Shown piece after piece: positions 1 to 10,835 of a stretch of 64,000 nt of DNA (the first letter of the stretch is position 1; every line of letters begins with the position of its first letter). The DNA lies in contig JAUXUD010000033.1 of the NCBI GenBank assembly GCA_030680835.1, positions 19,572-83,571 on the forward strand, in the 5' to 3' direction. The position numbers and the translations under genes were made by a program. The DNA comes from Bacteroidota bacterium (GTDB taxonomy: Bacteria > Bacteroidota > Bacteroidia > UKL13-3). Below the pieces are notes generated by a model. It was not told where the DNA came from and did not search any database. It worked only from the letters and a program-made list of their open reading frames with translations.

Positions 1-2561
1 AAATCATCAATATTCATGCCCCTGCTCAAATAGTATTCAACAAAGGTGAATCCATTGGAGAGGGTTAATGCCAATTGGGTTATTGGATTTGCTCCGGCTT
101 CGGCAATATGATATCCACTGATGGAAACGGAGTAAAAATTGCGAACTGCATTGTCGATAAAATATTGCTGCACATCACCCATCACACGAAGGCTGAATTC
201 GGTAGAAAAAATGCAGGTATTCTGTGCCTGGTCTTCTTTTAATATATCGGCCTGAACCGTACCACGTACCTGTTTTAAAGTATCTTTTTTTATTTTAGAA
301 TACACATCTGCAGGCAATACCATATCGCCGGTAACGCCCAACAACATAAGCCCCAGGCCATTGTTCCCCTCCGGCATGGTTTCATTATAAACCGGACGGG
401 CAACTCCTTTTGCTTTAAAAATAGCATCTATTTTATTGTTGATTTCTGCTTCCAGTCCGTGTTTTTTTATATAAAGTTCGCATTGCTGATCAATGGCTGC
501 ATTCATAAAGAAGGCACAAATAATGGCAGCCGGACCATTAATCGTCATCGACACGGATGTTTTTGGGTCAGCCAGATTAAAACCTGAGTATAATTTTTTG
601 GCGGCATCCAAACTCCATACACTCACTCCCGAGTTACCAATCTTTCCATAAATATCAGGCCTGTGGTCGGGGTCGTTTCCATATAAGGTAACCGAATCGA
701 AAGCAGTACTTAAACGGGCTGCAGGCATGCCTAAACTTACATAGTGAAAACGTTTGTTGGTGCGCTCGGGTCCGCCTTCTCCGGCAAACATTCGGGTTGG
801 ATCTTCGCCCTCCCGTTTAAAGGGATAGATACCTGCAGTATAGGGGAAATCTCCAGGGAAACTTTCCTGCAATGCCCAGCGCAGTATGTCTCCCCAGGAT
901 TTAAACCGGGGTACAGCAACTTTAGGAATCTGTGAATGTGAAAGCGATTCACTATGGGTTTTAATCTTTAACTCTTTATCACGCACTTTATACAGATAGT
1001 ATTCGCTTTTATAAGTGCTTATTTTCTCATCCCAGTTTTCAATAATAATCTTGTTTCTTGGGTCAAGGTTTAATTCAATTTCTTTATAGGCTGCTTCAAG
1101 ATGAGGAAGCATTTCTTTGAATGAATCGCTGGATTTTAATTTTTTATCGTTTAAGGTGTTAATGGTTGTTCTGATGCTGTATAATTTATCTGCAATTTCA
1201 CCTTGCTTCAATACCCATTTATCATATGCCCGGTTGTTTTCAGAAATCTCTGAGAGGTACCGGATGCGGGCAGGTGGGATGATGTATATCTTCTCACTCA
1301 TTTCTTCGCTGATATGGTAATTGGATTTTAAATCTGCACCCGATTTTTCAACAATTTTATCCATCACAGCCTTGTATAAACTGTTCATTCCGGGGTCATT
1401 AAACTGCGATGCGATGGTTCCGTAAACCGGCATGGTTTCGGGGTCTTTGTCGAATAAATTATGATTGCGCTGATATTGTTTTTTTACGTCACGCAAAGCA
1501 TCTAAAGCCCCTTTTTTATCAAATTTATTAATGGCAATGATATCAGCAAAGTCAAGCATGTCAATCTTCTCCAGCTGTGTGGCAGCACCATACTCAGGTG
1601 TCATTACATATAAACTGGTATTGCTGTGTTCAATAATTTCCGTATCGCTTTGCCCGATACCGGATGTTTCCAGTATAATCAAATCAAAATGAGCTGCTTT
1701 TATGATATCAATGGCTTCTTTTACATATTTTGATAAGGCCAGGTTACTTTGGCGTGTTGCCAGTGACCGCATATAAACTCTGGGATTCTTTATAGAATTC
1801 ATCCGGATCCGATCGCCCAATAATGCCCCGCCTGTCTTGCGTTTGCTGGGATCAACCGAAACAATGGCAACTGTTTTTGTTTCAAAATCGGATAAAAACC
1901 GTCTAACCAATTCATCAACAAGCGAAGATTTACCCGAGCCCCCGGTTCCTGTAATCCCCAGCACCGGCGCTGTACCGATGCGATTTATTGCTTCTCCGGC
2001 AATTTTATTATGAACCCCAACAAATTCTTCGGGAAAATTTTCTGCCGCAGAAATTAAGCGTGCAATCGATTTATAGTCTTTATCTTTTAGATGGGATACC
2101 TCTCCATTTAAATTGGAACCGGTTGCAAAATCACATTTTTCAAGCATATCATTAATCATGCCCTGTAATCCCATGGTACGGCCGTCATCGGGATGGTAAA
2201 GCCGGGTAATGCCATAGGCTTGTAGTTCAGCAATTTCCTCAGGTAAAATGGTTCCGCCGCCACCTCCAAATATTTGAATATGTGCACATCCCTTCTGAAC
2301 CAACAAATCACGCATATATTTAAAGTACTCCACATGTCCACCCTGGTAGCTGGTCATTGCAATTGCATTGGCATCTTCCTGTATGGCGGTATCCACAACT
2401 TCTTCAGCACTTCTGTCGTGACCCAAATGAATTACCTCGGCACCACTGGCCTGAATAATTCGGCGCATAATATTAATGGCAGCATCATGGCCATCAAATA
2501 AAGCAGCTGCTGTTACGATCCTGATTTTATTTTTAGGAATATATTTTTCAATGATTTCCAT
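1..2561 (-). CDS. icmF: Fused isobutyryl-CoA mutase/MeaB-type GTPase IcmF (3' end runs off the window)
   Basis: Absent from the ORF track; read by hand. Starts [34 protein letters not shown] (B12-binding domain), then GTPase P-loop [13 protein letters not shown] (~1925-1965) and mutase motif [10 protein letters not shown] (~771-800). Confidence 0.92.
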   Translation of the reverse strand, partial: MEIIEKYIPKNKIRIVTAAALFDGHDAAINIMRRIIQASGAEVIHLGHDRSAEEVVDTAIQEDANAIAMTSYQGGHVEYFKYMRDLLVQKGCAHIQIFGGGGGTILPEEIAELQAYGITRLYHPDDGRTMGLQGMINDMLEKCDFATGSNLNGEVSHLKDKDYKSIARLISAAENFPEEFVGVHNKIAGEAINRIGTAPVLGITGTGGSGKSSLVDELVRRFLSDFETKTVAIVSVDPSKRKTGGALLGDRIRMNSIKNPRVYMRSLATRQSNLALSKYVKEAIDIIKAAHFDLIILETSGIGQSDTEIIEHSNTSLYVMTPEYGAATQLEKIDMLDFADIIAINKFDKKGALDALRDVKKQYQRNHNLFDKDPETMPVYGTIASQFNDPGMNSLYKAVMDKIVEKSGADLKSNYHISEEMSEKIYIIPPARIRYLSEISENNRAYDKWVLKQGEIADKLYSIRTTINTLNDKKLKSSDSFKEMLPHLEAAYKEIELNLDPRNKIIIENWDEKISTYKSEYYLYKVRDKELKIKTHSESLSHSQIPKVAVPRFKSWGDILRWALQESFPGDFPYTAGIYPFKREGEDPTRMFAGEGGPERTNKRFHYVSLGMPAARLSTAFDSVTLYGNDPDHRPDIYGKIGNSGVSVWSLDAAKKLYSGFNLADPKTSVSMTINGPAAIICAFFMNAAIDQQCELYIKKHGLEAEINNKIDAIFKAKGVARPVYNETMPEGNNGLGLMLLGVTGDMVLPADVYSKIKKDTLKQVRGTVQADILKEDQAQNTCIFSTEFSLRVMGDVQQYFIDNAVRNFYSVSISGYHIAEAGANPITQLALTLSNGFTFVEYYLSRGMNIDD

Positions 2562-2693
2562 ACGGAATTGATATTACAATTAGAACGGGCAAAAATAGCA
2601 GTTTCGGCCGTAAAAAGAAGGCTTTAGATTTTTCTAAAAAGCTTGTTAAAAGATTCCTGCTTAATTTTAAAAAATAGCTAAAATAAAAATTAT

Positions 2694-2701
2694 TACATTT
2701 G
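2694..2701 (+). promoter_or_regulatory. Bacteroidota -7 promoter box (TAnnTTTG)
   Basis: TACATTTG 21 nt upstream of the ATG at 2723. Confidence 0.5.
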
Positions 2702-2722
2702 CGCTCCCTAAAAACGCAAAAT

Positions 2723-3322
2723 ATGGAATTAAAAGATGTAGTTGCTATTGCAGGCCAAAGTGGTTTGCATAAAATTGTTGGCAGAACAAAAAACGGTTTA
2801 ATTGTTGAAACCATTGGCACTGGCAGACGTTTTGCCACAGGTTTTCAGGATAAAGTTTCGGTATTGGAAGACATTTCAATATATACGGTCGACGAAGATA
2901 TGCGTTTGAATAAGGTTTTACTGAAATTAAAAGCCAGTGCAGAAGTTCCTGCGCCTAAAGACGATATGAAAAAAGTACGTCAGTTTTTAATAGAAACCAT
3001 ACAATTGGACAGCGAACGGGTATATGACAATGATATCAAAAAACTAATGAACTGGTTTCATATTTTGAAGGATGTGTTGGATTTTAGCAAATTAGAAGAA
3101 CCTGCTGAAGAGCAAGTTGCAGAAAATATAGAAGCCACAGCGGATGAGGTAAATAAGAATGAAAGCATTTCAGAAACTGCGTCGGATGAAATAAAACCCA
3201 GGAAAGTAGCCGCAAAAAAAGTGACTGTACCAAAGATTGCAGCTCCCAAAAATGTGGCAATTAAGGCAAATTCAAAAGGTGCCGGCGGGTCAAAAACCAC
3301 TTACCGTTCAAAAACAGTATAA
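2723..3322 (+). CDS. DUF5606-family protein with low-complexity acidic/Lys-rich tail
   Basis: N-terminus MELKDVVAIAGQSGLHKIVGRTKNGLIVE and RVYDNDIKKLMNWF resemble this conserved Bacteroidota family; start moved to ATG 2723. Confidence 0.75.
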   Translation: MELKDVVAIAGQSGLHKIVGRTKNGLIVETIGTGRRFATGFQDKVSVLEDISIYTVDEDMRLNKVLLKLKASAEVPAPKDDMKKVRQFLIETIQLDSERVYDNDIKKLMNWFHILKDVLDFSKLEEPAEEQVAENIEATADEVNKNESISETASDEIKPRKVAAKKVTVPKIAAPKNVAIKANSKGAGGSKTTYRSKTV

Positions 3323-3368
3323 ATTTACATGCACGGCAGCGGACGTTTCAATGTCGGTATATGAACTT

Positions 3369-3406
3369 AAAAAAAGGCGTTCAACACAAAGTGGAGCGCC
3401 TTTTTT
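3369..3406. terminator. Intrinsic terminator
   Basis: AAAAAAAGGCGTTC-loop-GAGCGCCTTTTTT hairpin after the 2723..3322 gene. Confidence 0.75.
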
Positions 3407-3498
3407 GCAAACCGAATTTGAGTATTCGAAATATATTTTATGATATTGTGAAAACAAATTATTAATTCGTTTCCTTATAAAAACAAAAAACACACAAA

Positions 3499-5199
3499 AT
3501 GATTACCATAATAAAACGCAGATTTTTACCCGACAAAATCAAAGTGAGCAGTTGGGATATTCTTGAACCCTATTTTAATAAACTGAAAGAACGTGAAATT
3601 CTTTCAAAAGAAGATCTTGAAAATTGGTTGAAAGACCGGAGCGAACTGGAAGCTTTTGTAAGTGAAGATCTGGCCTGGCGTTATGTGCGCATGACCTGTG
3701 ATACCACAAATAAGGATTTAGAGAAGGCATACCTGTTTTTTGTTACCGAAATTGAACCTAAAATTGCGCCCTTGCAAAATCAATTAAACCAAAAGCTGAT
3801 TGCCTGTAGTTTTTTAGATCAGTTGGATCACGACAAATATTATATTTATTTACGTGGAATTAAAAAAGACATTGAGATATTCAGGCAGGAAAATGTTCCC
3901 TTACAAGCCGAAATAGCTACTGAAGCTCAAAAATATGGCACTATCGTTGGCAGCATGAGTGTGCTTATTGATGGGAAGGAACTAACCCTGCAACAGGCTG
4001 CAAATTTTTTAAAGAACCCGGATAGAAGCAAGCGCGAAGAAGCCTTTAGAAAGATCAATGAAAAACGTGCAGCGCATACAAAAGAACTGGATGATTTGTT
4101 TGACAAACTGATTGCATTGCGACACAAAGTTGCACTGAATGCAGGATTTGAAAACTTCCGTGATTACATGTTTGCAGCCATGGGACGTTTTGATTATAAA
4201 CCTGAAGATTGTTTTGCATTTCACGATGCGATACAAAAAGAAGTGATGCCTTTAGTAAAAGCATTTACCGAAAAACGAAAAGCCGAACTGGGTCATGATT
4301 TAAGGCCCTGGGATATGGAGGTAGATACCAAAAACAGGGAAGCACTGGAGCCTTTTACCAGCGGAGCCGATTTGCTCGATAAAACGATTAATTGTTTTAA
4401 AAAAGTAGATGATTATTTTGCCTGGTGTATTCAAACCATGGATAATATGGAGCGACTGGATTTGGAAAGCAGGAAAGGGAAAGCGCCGGGAGGCTATAAT
4501 TATCCGATGGCAGAAACCAGCGTACCTTTTATTTTCATGAATTCGGCCAGTTCAACACGCGATGTGGAAACCATGGTACATGAAGGCGGACATGCAGTTC
4601 ATTCATTCTTAAGTAAAGATCTGGAACTGGCGGGGTTTAAAAGTTGTCCGAGCGAAGTTGCCGAACTGGCAAGTATGAGTATGGAACTAATCAGCTATGA
4701 GGGCCAGGATGAATTTTATAAAAACAAGGAAGACTTTAACCGGGCTAAAACAGAACACCTGGAAGGAATTATTAAAATACTTCCCTGGATTGCAACCATT
4801 GATAAATTTCAGCACTGGATTTACAGCAATCCAACACATACGGCCGAAGAACGTAAAACATATTGGGTTCAGTTAAGTAAAGAGTTTGGAACCGGATTGG
4901 TTGACTGGACTGGTTTGGAAGCCATACAGGCTTATACCTGGCAAAAGCAGTTGCATTTGTATGAAGTGCCCTTTTATTATATCGAATATGGAATGGCTCA
5001 ATTGGGGGCATTGGCAGTATGGAGAAACTACAACAATAATAAACAAAAGGCTCTGGAGCAGTATAAGGCAGCCTTAAGTCTGGGTTATACCAAAACCATT
5101 GGTGAGATATACAAAACCGCAGGAATTGAATTTAATTTTTCTCAAAATTACATCAGGGAATTGATGTTGTTTGTAAAAGAAGAACTGACTAAGTGCTAG
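3499..5199 (+). CDS. M3 family oligoendopeptidase (PepF-like)
   Basis: HEGGH zinc motif, GKAPGGYN, EVAELASMSMEL, PFYYIEYG. Confidence 0.93.
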   Translation: MITIIKRRFLPDKIKVSSWDILEPYFNKLKEREILSKEDLENWLKDRSELEAFVSEDLAWRYVRMTCDTTNKDLEKAYLFFVTEIEPKIAPLQNQLNQKLIACSFLDQLDHDKYYIYLRGIKKDIEIFRQENVPLQAEIATEAQKYGTIVGSMSVLIDGKELTLQQAANFLKNPDRSKREEAFRKINEKRAAHTKELDDLFDKLIALRHKVALNAGFENFRDYMFAAMGRFDYKPEDCFAFHDAIQKEVMPLVKAFTEKRKAELGHDLRPWDMEVDTKNREALEPFTSGADLLDKTINCFKKVDDYFAWCIQTMDNMERLDLESRKGKAPGGYNYPMAETSVPFIFMNSASSTRDVETMVHEGGHAVHSFLSKDLELAGFKSCPSEVAELASMSMELISYEGQDEFYKNKEDFNRAKTEHLEGIIKILPWIATIDKFQHWIYSNPTHTAEERKTYWVQLSKEFGTGLVDWTGLEAIQAYTWQKQLHLYEVPFYYIEYGMAQLGALAVWRNYNNNKQKALEQYKAALSLGYTKTIGEIYKTAGIEFNFSQNYIRELMLFVKEELTKC

Positions 5200-5220
5200 T
5201 GTTTATTGAGTATGGCAAAC

Positions 5221-5287
5221 TAACCAAATAGTAACTAACTACATAGTTAGTTACTATTTGGTTAATTAATTGATTAAATTATATTTG
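5221..5287 (+). promoter_or_regulatory. Perfect 21-bp-arm palindrome overlapping a -33/-7 promoter (putative operator)
   Basis: TAACCAAATAGTAACTAACTA-CA-TAGTTAGTTACTATTTGGTTA (5221-5264); TTTG at 5257-5260 and TATATTTG at 5280-5287, 19 nt apart. Confidence 0.7.
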
Positions 5288-5305
5288 TAGCCATAAACAA
5301 ATTAA

Positions 5306-6478
5306 ATGATGGATTTATCTTTTTTAGAAGATGTTAGTTCTCCTTTTGCTTTTGGACGGATAGCTGTTGGTAATACATTCGTAAACAGGGACAAGGAAAA
5401 AAAAAGACTGGCACTAAATTTTGCAAATAAAGTGAATACCATTTTGATCTCTCCGAGAAGATGGGGGAAATCGAGTTTGGTAAAAGAAATAGGTACAGGC
5501 ATGAACCAGATACATAAGCAATATCGTTTTGCTTACATTGATTTGTTCAGCATCAGAACGGAATCTGAATTCTATGAAGCTTATGCCAAAGAAGTGATCA
5601 AATGCACTGCAACTAAATTTGACGAATGGATAAGCAATACCAAATTATTTCTGCAAAATGTGACTCCTAAAGTGAGTATAGGTGGAGATGCTACACATGA
5701 GTTTGATTTAAGTTTTGATGTAAAAGACATCAAAAAAAGTTATGAGACTATTTTAAATTTGCCTGAAAAAATCGCGATCAGTAAAAAGCTTAAAATAATA
5801 ATTTGTATTGATGAATTTCAAAATATTGATGGGTTTACAGATAGTCTTTCTTTCCAAAAGAGATTGAGAAGCTTTTGGCAACAGCACCAAAATGTTACTT
5901 ATTGTTTATATGGCAGCAAAAGAAGTTTGTTAATTCAGTTATTTGAAAAAAGAAGTATGCCTTTTTATCGTTTTGGTGATATGATGTTTCTGGGAAAAAT
6001 TGCACCTAAACACTGGGAACCATTTATTACAGGTACTTTTTTAAAAGCTAAAAAGAAAATTAAAACCGAACAGGTCACTAAAATTATTGAATTGATGCAG
6101 TGTCATCCCTATTATATCCAGCAATTGTGTTACCTGATTTGGATCAGAGCGGGCAGGATGGTGAAGGATTCAGATTTAAACGCCTCCATTGAAGATCTTA
6201 TTAACCAGAATTCGAATCTGTTTGAACGCGAAGCAGAAAGTTTGAGCAACTCAAAAATAGCCATTATCAAAGCGATAGCCAAAGGTTATCATTCGGGTTT
6301 GAGTTCGGGGGCAGTAATCAGCGAATTTAAATTAGGCTCATCGGCCAATGTTACAAAAACATTAAAAGCATTAGATTTGGACGAGATTATTGATATACGC
6401 AAAGGCGAATATTTTTTGATTGACCCAAGTTTTGAATTATGGTTCAGAAAGCGTTTTTTAGGGAAGAAAATTACTTGA
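5306..6478 (+). CDS. P-loop ATPase (archaeal-ATPase-like) with C-terminal winged helix
   Basis: FVNRDKE, Walker A SPRRWGKSS, Walker B IICIDEFQ, HPYYIQ, and a wHTH-like end SSANVTKTLKAL...YFLIDPSFELW. Confidence 0.85.
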   Translation: MMDLSFLEDVSSPFAFGRIAVGNTFVNRDKEKKRLALNFANKVNTILISPRRWGKSSLVKEIGTGMNQIHKQYRFAYIDLFSIRTESEFYEAYAKEVIKCTATKFDEWISNTKLFLQNVTPKVSIGGDATHEFDLSFDVKDIKKSYETILNLPEKIAISKKLKIIICIDEFQNIDGFTDSLSFQKRLRSFWQQHQNVTYCLYGSKRSLLIQLFEKRSMPFYRFGDMMFLGKIAPKHWEPFITGTFLKAKKKIKTEQVTKIIELMQCHPYYIQQLCYLIWIRAGRMVKDSDLNASIEDLINQNSNLFEREAESLSNSKIAIIKAIAKGYHSGLSSGAVISEFKLGSSANVTKTLKALDLDEIIDIRKGEYFLIDPSFELWFRKRFLGKKIT

Positions 6479-6552
6479 AGGCGATAATTATGACATGTAG
6501 AATAAAATTAAACAGGTTTAACTTTTTAAGAACCAAATAAATTGTTTGATAT

Positions 6553-7161
6553 ATGAAAATATTTTGTGTAGGAAGAAATTACAGCGAACATGCAAAAGAA
6601 CTTGGGAATGCAGTACCCGAAAATCCTGTTATATTCAGTAAACCCGATACGGCTTTACTTAAAAACGGGGAACCTTTTTATTTGCCTGATTTTAGTAATG
6701 ATGTGCATCATGAGGTTGAACTGGTTATAAAAATCAGTAAGGTTGGAAAAAAAATTCAGGAACAGTTTGCAGGCAATTATTTTAATGAAATCGGAATTGG
6801 AATAGATTTTACCGCACGTGATTTGCAGAACAGTTTAAAAACAAAAGGCCTGCCGTGGGAACTGGCCAAAGGTTTTGATGGTTCTGCTCCCCTCGGGGAA
6901 TTTATAAATGTGAAAGAGCTTGACCTGAGAAAAATCCACTTTAGTTTAAAAAAGAATGGCGGTTTGGTTCAAAGCGGAAACGCAGAACAAATGATTTTTA
7001 CATTCGAAAAAATTATTTCATTTGTTTCTCAATATTTTACTTTAAAAGTGGGAGACTTAATTTATACAGGAACACCCGCAGGAGTTGGCAGGGTTGAAGC
7101 CGGAGATAAGCTGGAAGGTTTTATAGAAGATAAATTAATGTTAACTTGCGAAGTGAAGTAA
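6553..7161 (+). CDS. Fumarylacetoacetate hydrolase family protein
   Basis: KIFCVGRNYSEHAKE, HHEVEL, KGFDGSAP, GDLIYTGTPAGVG. Confidence 0.93.
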   Translation: MKIFCVGRNYSEHAKELGNAVPENPVIFSKPDTALLKNGEPFYLPDFSNDVHHEVELVIKISKVGKKIQEQFAGNYFNEIGIGIDFTARDLQNSLKTKGLPWELAKGFDGSAPLGEFINVKELDLRKIHFSLKKNGGLVQSGNAEQMIFTFEKIISFVSQYFTLKVGDLIYTGTPAGVGRVEAGDKLEGFIEDKLMLTCEVK

Positions 7162-7171
7162 TAACCTGCAT

Positions 7172-9001
7172 GTGGGAAAACTGAAAAATCACAATTACAA
7201 AAAGTATCAATTATTAAAGGTATTTGTTGCACTGATTATACAGTTTTCTTTTGATTCTGTTTCCAGCTTATCCGCTCAAAATTACCCGCAGAATTACTTT
7301 CGTTACCCATTGGATTCATTACCCAATTTTATATCGCCTTTTGGGGTTTTGCGCGATAACCATTTTCACAGCGGAGCCGACTTAAGAACAAATCAAATGG
7401 AAGGATTGCCTGTATATGCTGCAGCTGATGGGTATATAACCCGGATAAAAGTTCAAAGTATCGGATATGGAAAAGCCTTGTATATTGATCACCCGAATGA
7501 TTATACAACCGTATACGGACATTTGCAGCAATACTATGGTGCCATTGCCGAATGGGTTCATAAATACCAGTATATAAACCAAACATTTGAGTTTGATAAA
7601 ATTTTTTCGCGTCAGGTTTTATTGGTGAAAAAAGGAGATACCATTGGCTTTAGCGGAAACAGCGGAGGAAGTACGGGCCCGCATTTGCACTATGAAATAA
7701 GAGATACCAAAACCGAAAAAATACTCAATCCGCTTTTTTTTGGAATGCCTTTGCACGACACCTTACCGCCTACAATAAAAAGCGTGCACATATACAAGTT
7801 TGTAACAGAAGGTTTGTTACTCAAAAAACGTATATTACCTGTTGCAAAGCGACTCATTGTTTGTGATTCCTTTTGTGAATACAAAGATACTTTGTTGCTG
7901 GAACCCGACACTTATGGTATTGGAATAGAGGCATACGACTATATCCACAATGCCGAAGACGAAAAAGGAATTTACCAATACCAGTTGTGGCTGGATGGAA
8001 AGTTTGCCTTTCAGCATCAGATGGGGAAATTTGCCTTTAATGAAAGTAAATTCATCAATGCACATATTGATTATCCTTATTATAAGCTTGAAAAATTACG
8101 AATACAAAAATGTTTTATTGACGATGGAAATGAATTCAGGACCTATAAAACGGATGGGAATAAGGGCAGACTTATTTTGGATTCAAAACAAACCGGTTTT
8201 ATAGAATTAGTTGTTACAGATTATAATAAAAACAAGTATACACTTAAAATACCTTACAGGTTAATACCGGCAAAAACAGATGAAGATATTGAAAAGTATA
8301 AATACGGAATCGTTGGAAAAAGAACGTTTTACCCTTTAAGGGCAAATTCAATCCGGAATGAAAATTTTCAGTTGTATATGGAGCCAAAATCCATTTACGA
8401 TACCATCTATTATGATTTTGTAGAATTAGCTCCTGTTAAAAATGCATTATCACCCGTTTTTCGCATCCATCAATCTTCATCTCCGGTTCATAAACCTTTT
8501 GATATAGCCATTAAACCTGATGAATCTGCAAAAGTTTGGAAGGAAAAACTGTTGCTGGCATACTTTGATAAAAACGAAAAATATTTCCGTTCGGCCGGGG
8601 GTAGTTTTGAAAATGGTTTTGTTAGGGGAAAGGCATCGGTTTTTGGTTCCTATTTTGTTTGTATGGATACAGTTGCTCCCACAATAGAACAGATTTATAT
8701 GGCCTGGGAAAATGGTATGCTTGATACCTTAAACTGGTATTTTGAAATTAAAGATAATTTTTCGGGCATTGCCAAATATGAGGGCTTTTATAACAACCAA
8801 TGGATTTTACTGGATTTTGATGCGAAAAATAACTTGTTAACCTATAAATTAGATGAAGTGTATTATGATGCACAAGAGGATTTAGATATTGCCTTAAAGC
8901 AAAATTTATCAATAGTTTTTCCTGAACTCACAATACGTGTAACTGACAGAAAAGGAAATATAAATATCAATACCTTTCAACCCCTGAATTTTAAGAAATA
9001 A
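7172..9001 (+). CDS. M23 family metallopeptidase, secreted
   Basis: HFHSGAD, YGHL, GNSGGSTGPHLHYEIR; start codon uncertain. Confidence 0.88.
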   Translation: MGKLKNHNYKKYQLLKVFVALIIQFSFDSVSSLSAQNYPQNYFRYPLDSLPNFISPFGVLRDNHFHSGADLRTNQMEGLPVYAAADGYITRIKVQSIGYGKALYIDHPNDYTTVYGHLQQYYGAIAEWVHKYQYINQTFEFDKIFSRQVLLVKKGDTIGFSGNSGGSTGPHLHYEIRDTKTEKILNPLFFGMPLHDTLPPTIKSVHIYKFVTEGLLLKKRILPVAKRLIVCDSFCEYKDTLLLEPDTYGIGIEAYDYIHNAEDEKGIYQYQLWLDGKFAFQHQMGKFAFNESKFINAHIDYPYYKLEKLRIQKCFIDDGNEFRTYKTDGNKGRLILDSKQTGFIELVVTDYNKNKYTLKIPYRLIPAKTDEDIEKYKYGIVGKRTFYPLRANSIRNENFQLYMEPKSIYDTIYYDFVELAPVKNALSPVFRIHQSSSPVHKPFDIAIKPDESAKVWKEKLLLAYFDKNEKYFRSAGGSFENGFVRGKASVFGSYFVCMDTVAPTIEQIYMAWENGMLDTLNWYFEIKDNFSGIAKYEGFYNNQWILLDFDAKNNLLTYKLDEVYYDAQEDLDIALKQNLSIVFPELTIRVTDRKGNININTFQPLNFKK

Positions 9002-9021
9002 GAAGTAGAAAAATAGAGATT

Positions 9022-9474
9022 ATGGCAATAACATTAAAACCGGGCATGAAAGCACCCGCATTTCATGGGTATAATGAAAAAGGAGAAAAAATAAATCTGG
9101 CAGATTTTAAAGGGAAAAAACTGGTATTGTATTTTTATCCCAAAGACAATACACCCACATGCACTGAAGAAGCATGTAACTTGAGAGATAATTATCATTT
9201 ATTTATCAAAAATGGATATTCAGTTTTGGGCATCAGCACCGACAGTATGAAGAAGCATCAAAACTTTATCAAAAAATTTAAACTGCCTTTTTCTTTAATC
9301 GCAGATGAGGATCACAGTATTTGTGACTTGTATGGAGTTTGGGATGAAAAAACACTTTTTGGCAGAAAATATATGGGCATTTTAAGAACTACTTTCGTAA
9401 TAAATGAAAAAGGTAAAATTGAAAAGGTTATTGAAAAGGTAACCTCTAAAACACATACCGCCCAATTAATATAA
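9022..9474 (+). CDS. bcp: Thioredoxin-dependent thiol peroxidase (BCP/PrxQ)
   Basis: YFYPKDNTPTCTEEAC, RTTFVINEKG. Confidence 0.93.
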   Translation: MAITLKPGMKAPAFHGYNEKGEKINLADFKGKKLVLYFYPKDNTPTCTEEACNLRDNYHLFIKNGYSVLGISTDSMKKHQNFIKKFKLPFSLIADEDHSICDLYGVWDEKTLFGRKYMGILRTTFVINEKGKIEKVIEKVTSKTHTAQLI

Positions 9475-9482
9475 AACCACCC

Positions 9483-9537
9483 GTAAAGACGCGATTTATC
9501 GCGTCTCTACCGCGTCTTCCAATTTATCGCGTCTCTA
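9483..9537. repeat. REP-like palindrome (GTAG-foot type) plus partial copy
   Basis: GTAAAGACGCGATTTATCGCGTCTCTAC, then ATTTATCGCGTCTCTA; same family at 49330, 49776 and 49812; lies between convergent genes. Confidence 0.8.
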
Positions 9538-9565
9538 TATTTGAACAATAGCTTTAAACAATTAA

Positions 9566-10636
9566 TTAAAAATGTCTGCCAACTGCATCCGCTATTTTTA
9601 ACGCAGGCAATTCTTCCATGCAACTAATACCATCAACACAGCTGCCTCTGTAAAAGCATTTGCATATTTTGTCGGGCATTACAATTTCACCTTTATTAAA
9701 CAAGTCAAATTCATAGGGGTTAAAAATATTATTCATCAAAATAATTTTTTTGCCAAGCGCCAGGGTAATATGCATTCCCATAGTAACCTGGGTAATTATT
9801 AAATGACATTGATTTACCAGATTGATAAATTCAAACAGACTGTAATATCCCGGATAAAGTGCTCCGGAACGCTTTTGTATTTCTTTGTTACGGGCATCTT
9901 CTGCCTCACCACCAAGCAACAAAACAATCGCATCGGGATGTTGCAATTTAACCAGGGCAACCAGTTCCACCCATTTGTCAATGCTCCACAAGCGCGTGGT
10001 CCAGCGCCCGCCACAACCGGTATTCATGCCAATTATTTTTTTATCCTTTGGCAAATTCCAATGGTATCCTTTATCATCGTGGGTATCCATTAAATAAGGT
10101 TCGCCCTGATGTTCAAAGCCGCATATTTCAAATATTTCCTTTAAATAACTTTTGGTATTAGCCTGGCTGATATCATCAAACATTCCGGTTAAAAATTTGT
10201 GTAAGGCCAATTCATTGATGGGTTGAATTTCATTATCCTTCAAAACAAAACCAAACTTTTCTTTGGCATCCACAACTTTTAATAAAGCCCCTGCTTCCTT
10301 TTCCTTATCGAGGTTAATGGCAATGTCCCACGAAGCATTTTGGGCGTACATGATTGAATTATGATCCCATTTCAATATTTCATCTATCTGTGAAGAAGGC
10401 AAAATATCAGGTGTCCAGGTGAGCCAGGTAATTTTACAATTTGGGTAAAGGGCTTTATATTTTACTACCAGAGGGGTTGTTCTGATTACATCTCCAATAG
10501 CGCCGAGTTTAATAATCAGAATGCGTTTTGAAACCTTTTCGTAAGCCGGACAATCATCACAGTGATAACCGAATTGTTTGTGGGGTTTGCAAGGAATATG
10601 TCCTTTAAAAAAGAGGCAATCAGCTTTATAATTCAT
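9566..10636 (-). CDS. Glycosyltransferase family 9 (heptosyltransferase-like)
   Basis: ILIIKLGAIGDVIRTTP, TRLWSIDKW, LLLGGEAE, TMGMHITLALGK. Confidence 0.85.
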   Translation of the reverse strand: MNYKADCLFFKGHIPCKPHKQFGYHCDDCPAYEKVSKRILIIKLGAIGDVIRTTPLVVKYKALYPNCKITWLTWTPDILPSSQIDEILKWDHNSIMYAQNASWDIAINLDKEKEAGALLKVVDAKEKFGFVLKDNEIQPINELALHKFLTGMFDDISQANTKSYLKEIFEICGFEHQGEPYLMDTHDDKGYHWNLPKDKKIIGMNTGCGGRWTTRLWSIDKWVELVALVKLQHPDAIVLLLGGEAEDARNKEIQKRSGALYPGYYSLFEFINLVNQCHLIITQVTMGMHITLALGKKIILMNNIFNPYEFDLFNKGEIVMPDKICKCFYRGSCVDGISCMEELPALKIADAVGRHF

Positions 10637-10835
10637 GTCTTTTTAATGGTGGTTTTAACAGATTTGTCAAAACTTAAATCTGTCAGCTAAAAAGGCAAAC
10701 CTAAGTTTTAGATACTAAAAAGGCAATTTTACAATAAAATAACCCCATTTTTGCAAACGCATGTACATTTTGTCAGTCTCAAAAACTTTGGATGTTTATT
10801 TGTATCTTGCATCAAACATAAATTAAAAAATAACA

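Noticed and set aside
737-2501. Short ORFs listed inside the first 2.5 kb
   Set aside because: Shadow frames of the long minus-strand icmF gene.
2562-2722. Cobalamin riboswitch upstream of icmF
   Set aside because: Short AT-rich divergent promoter region without a B12-box-like sequence.
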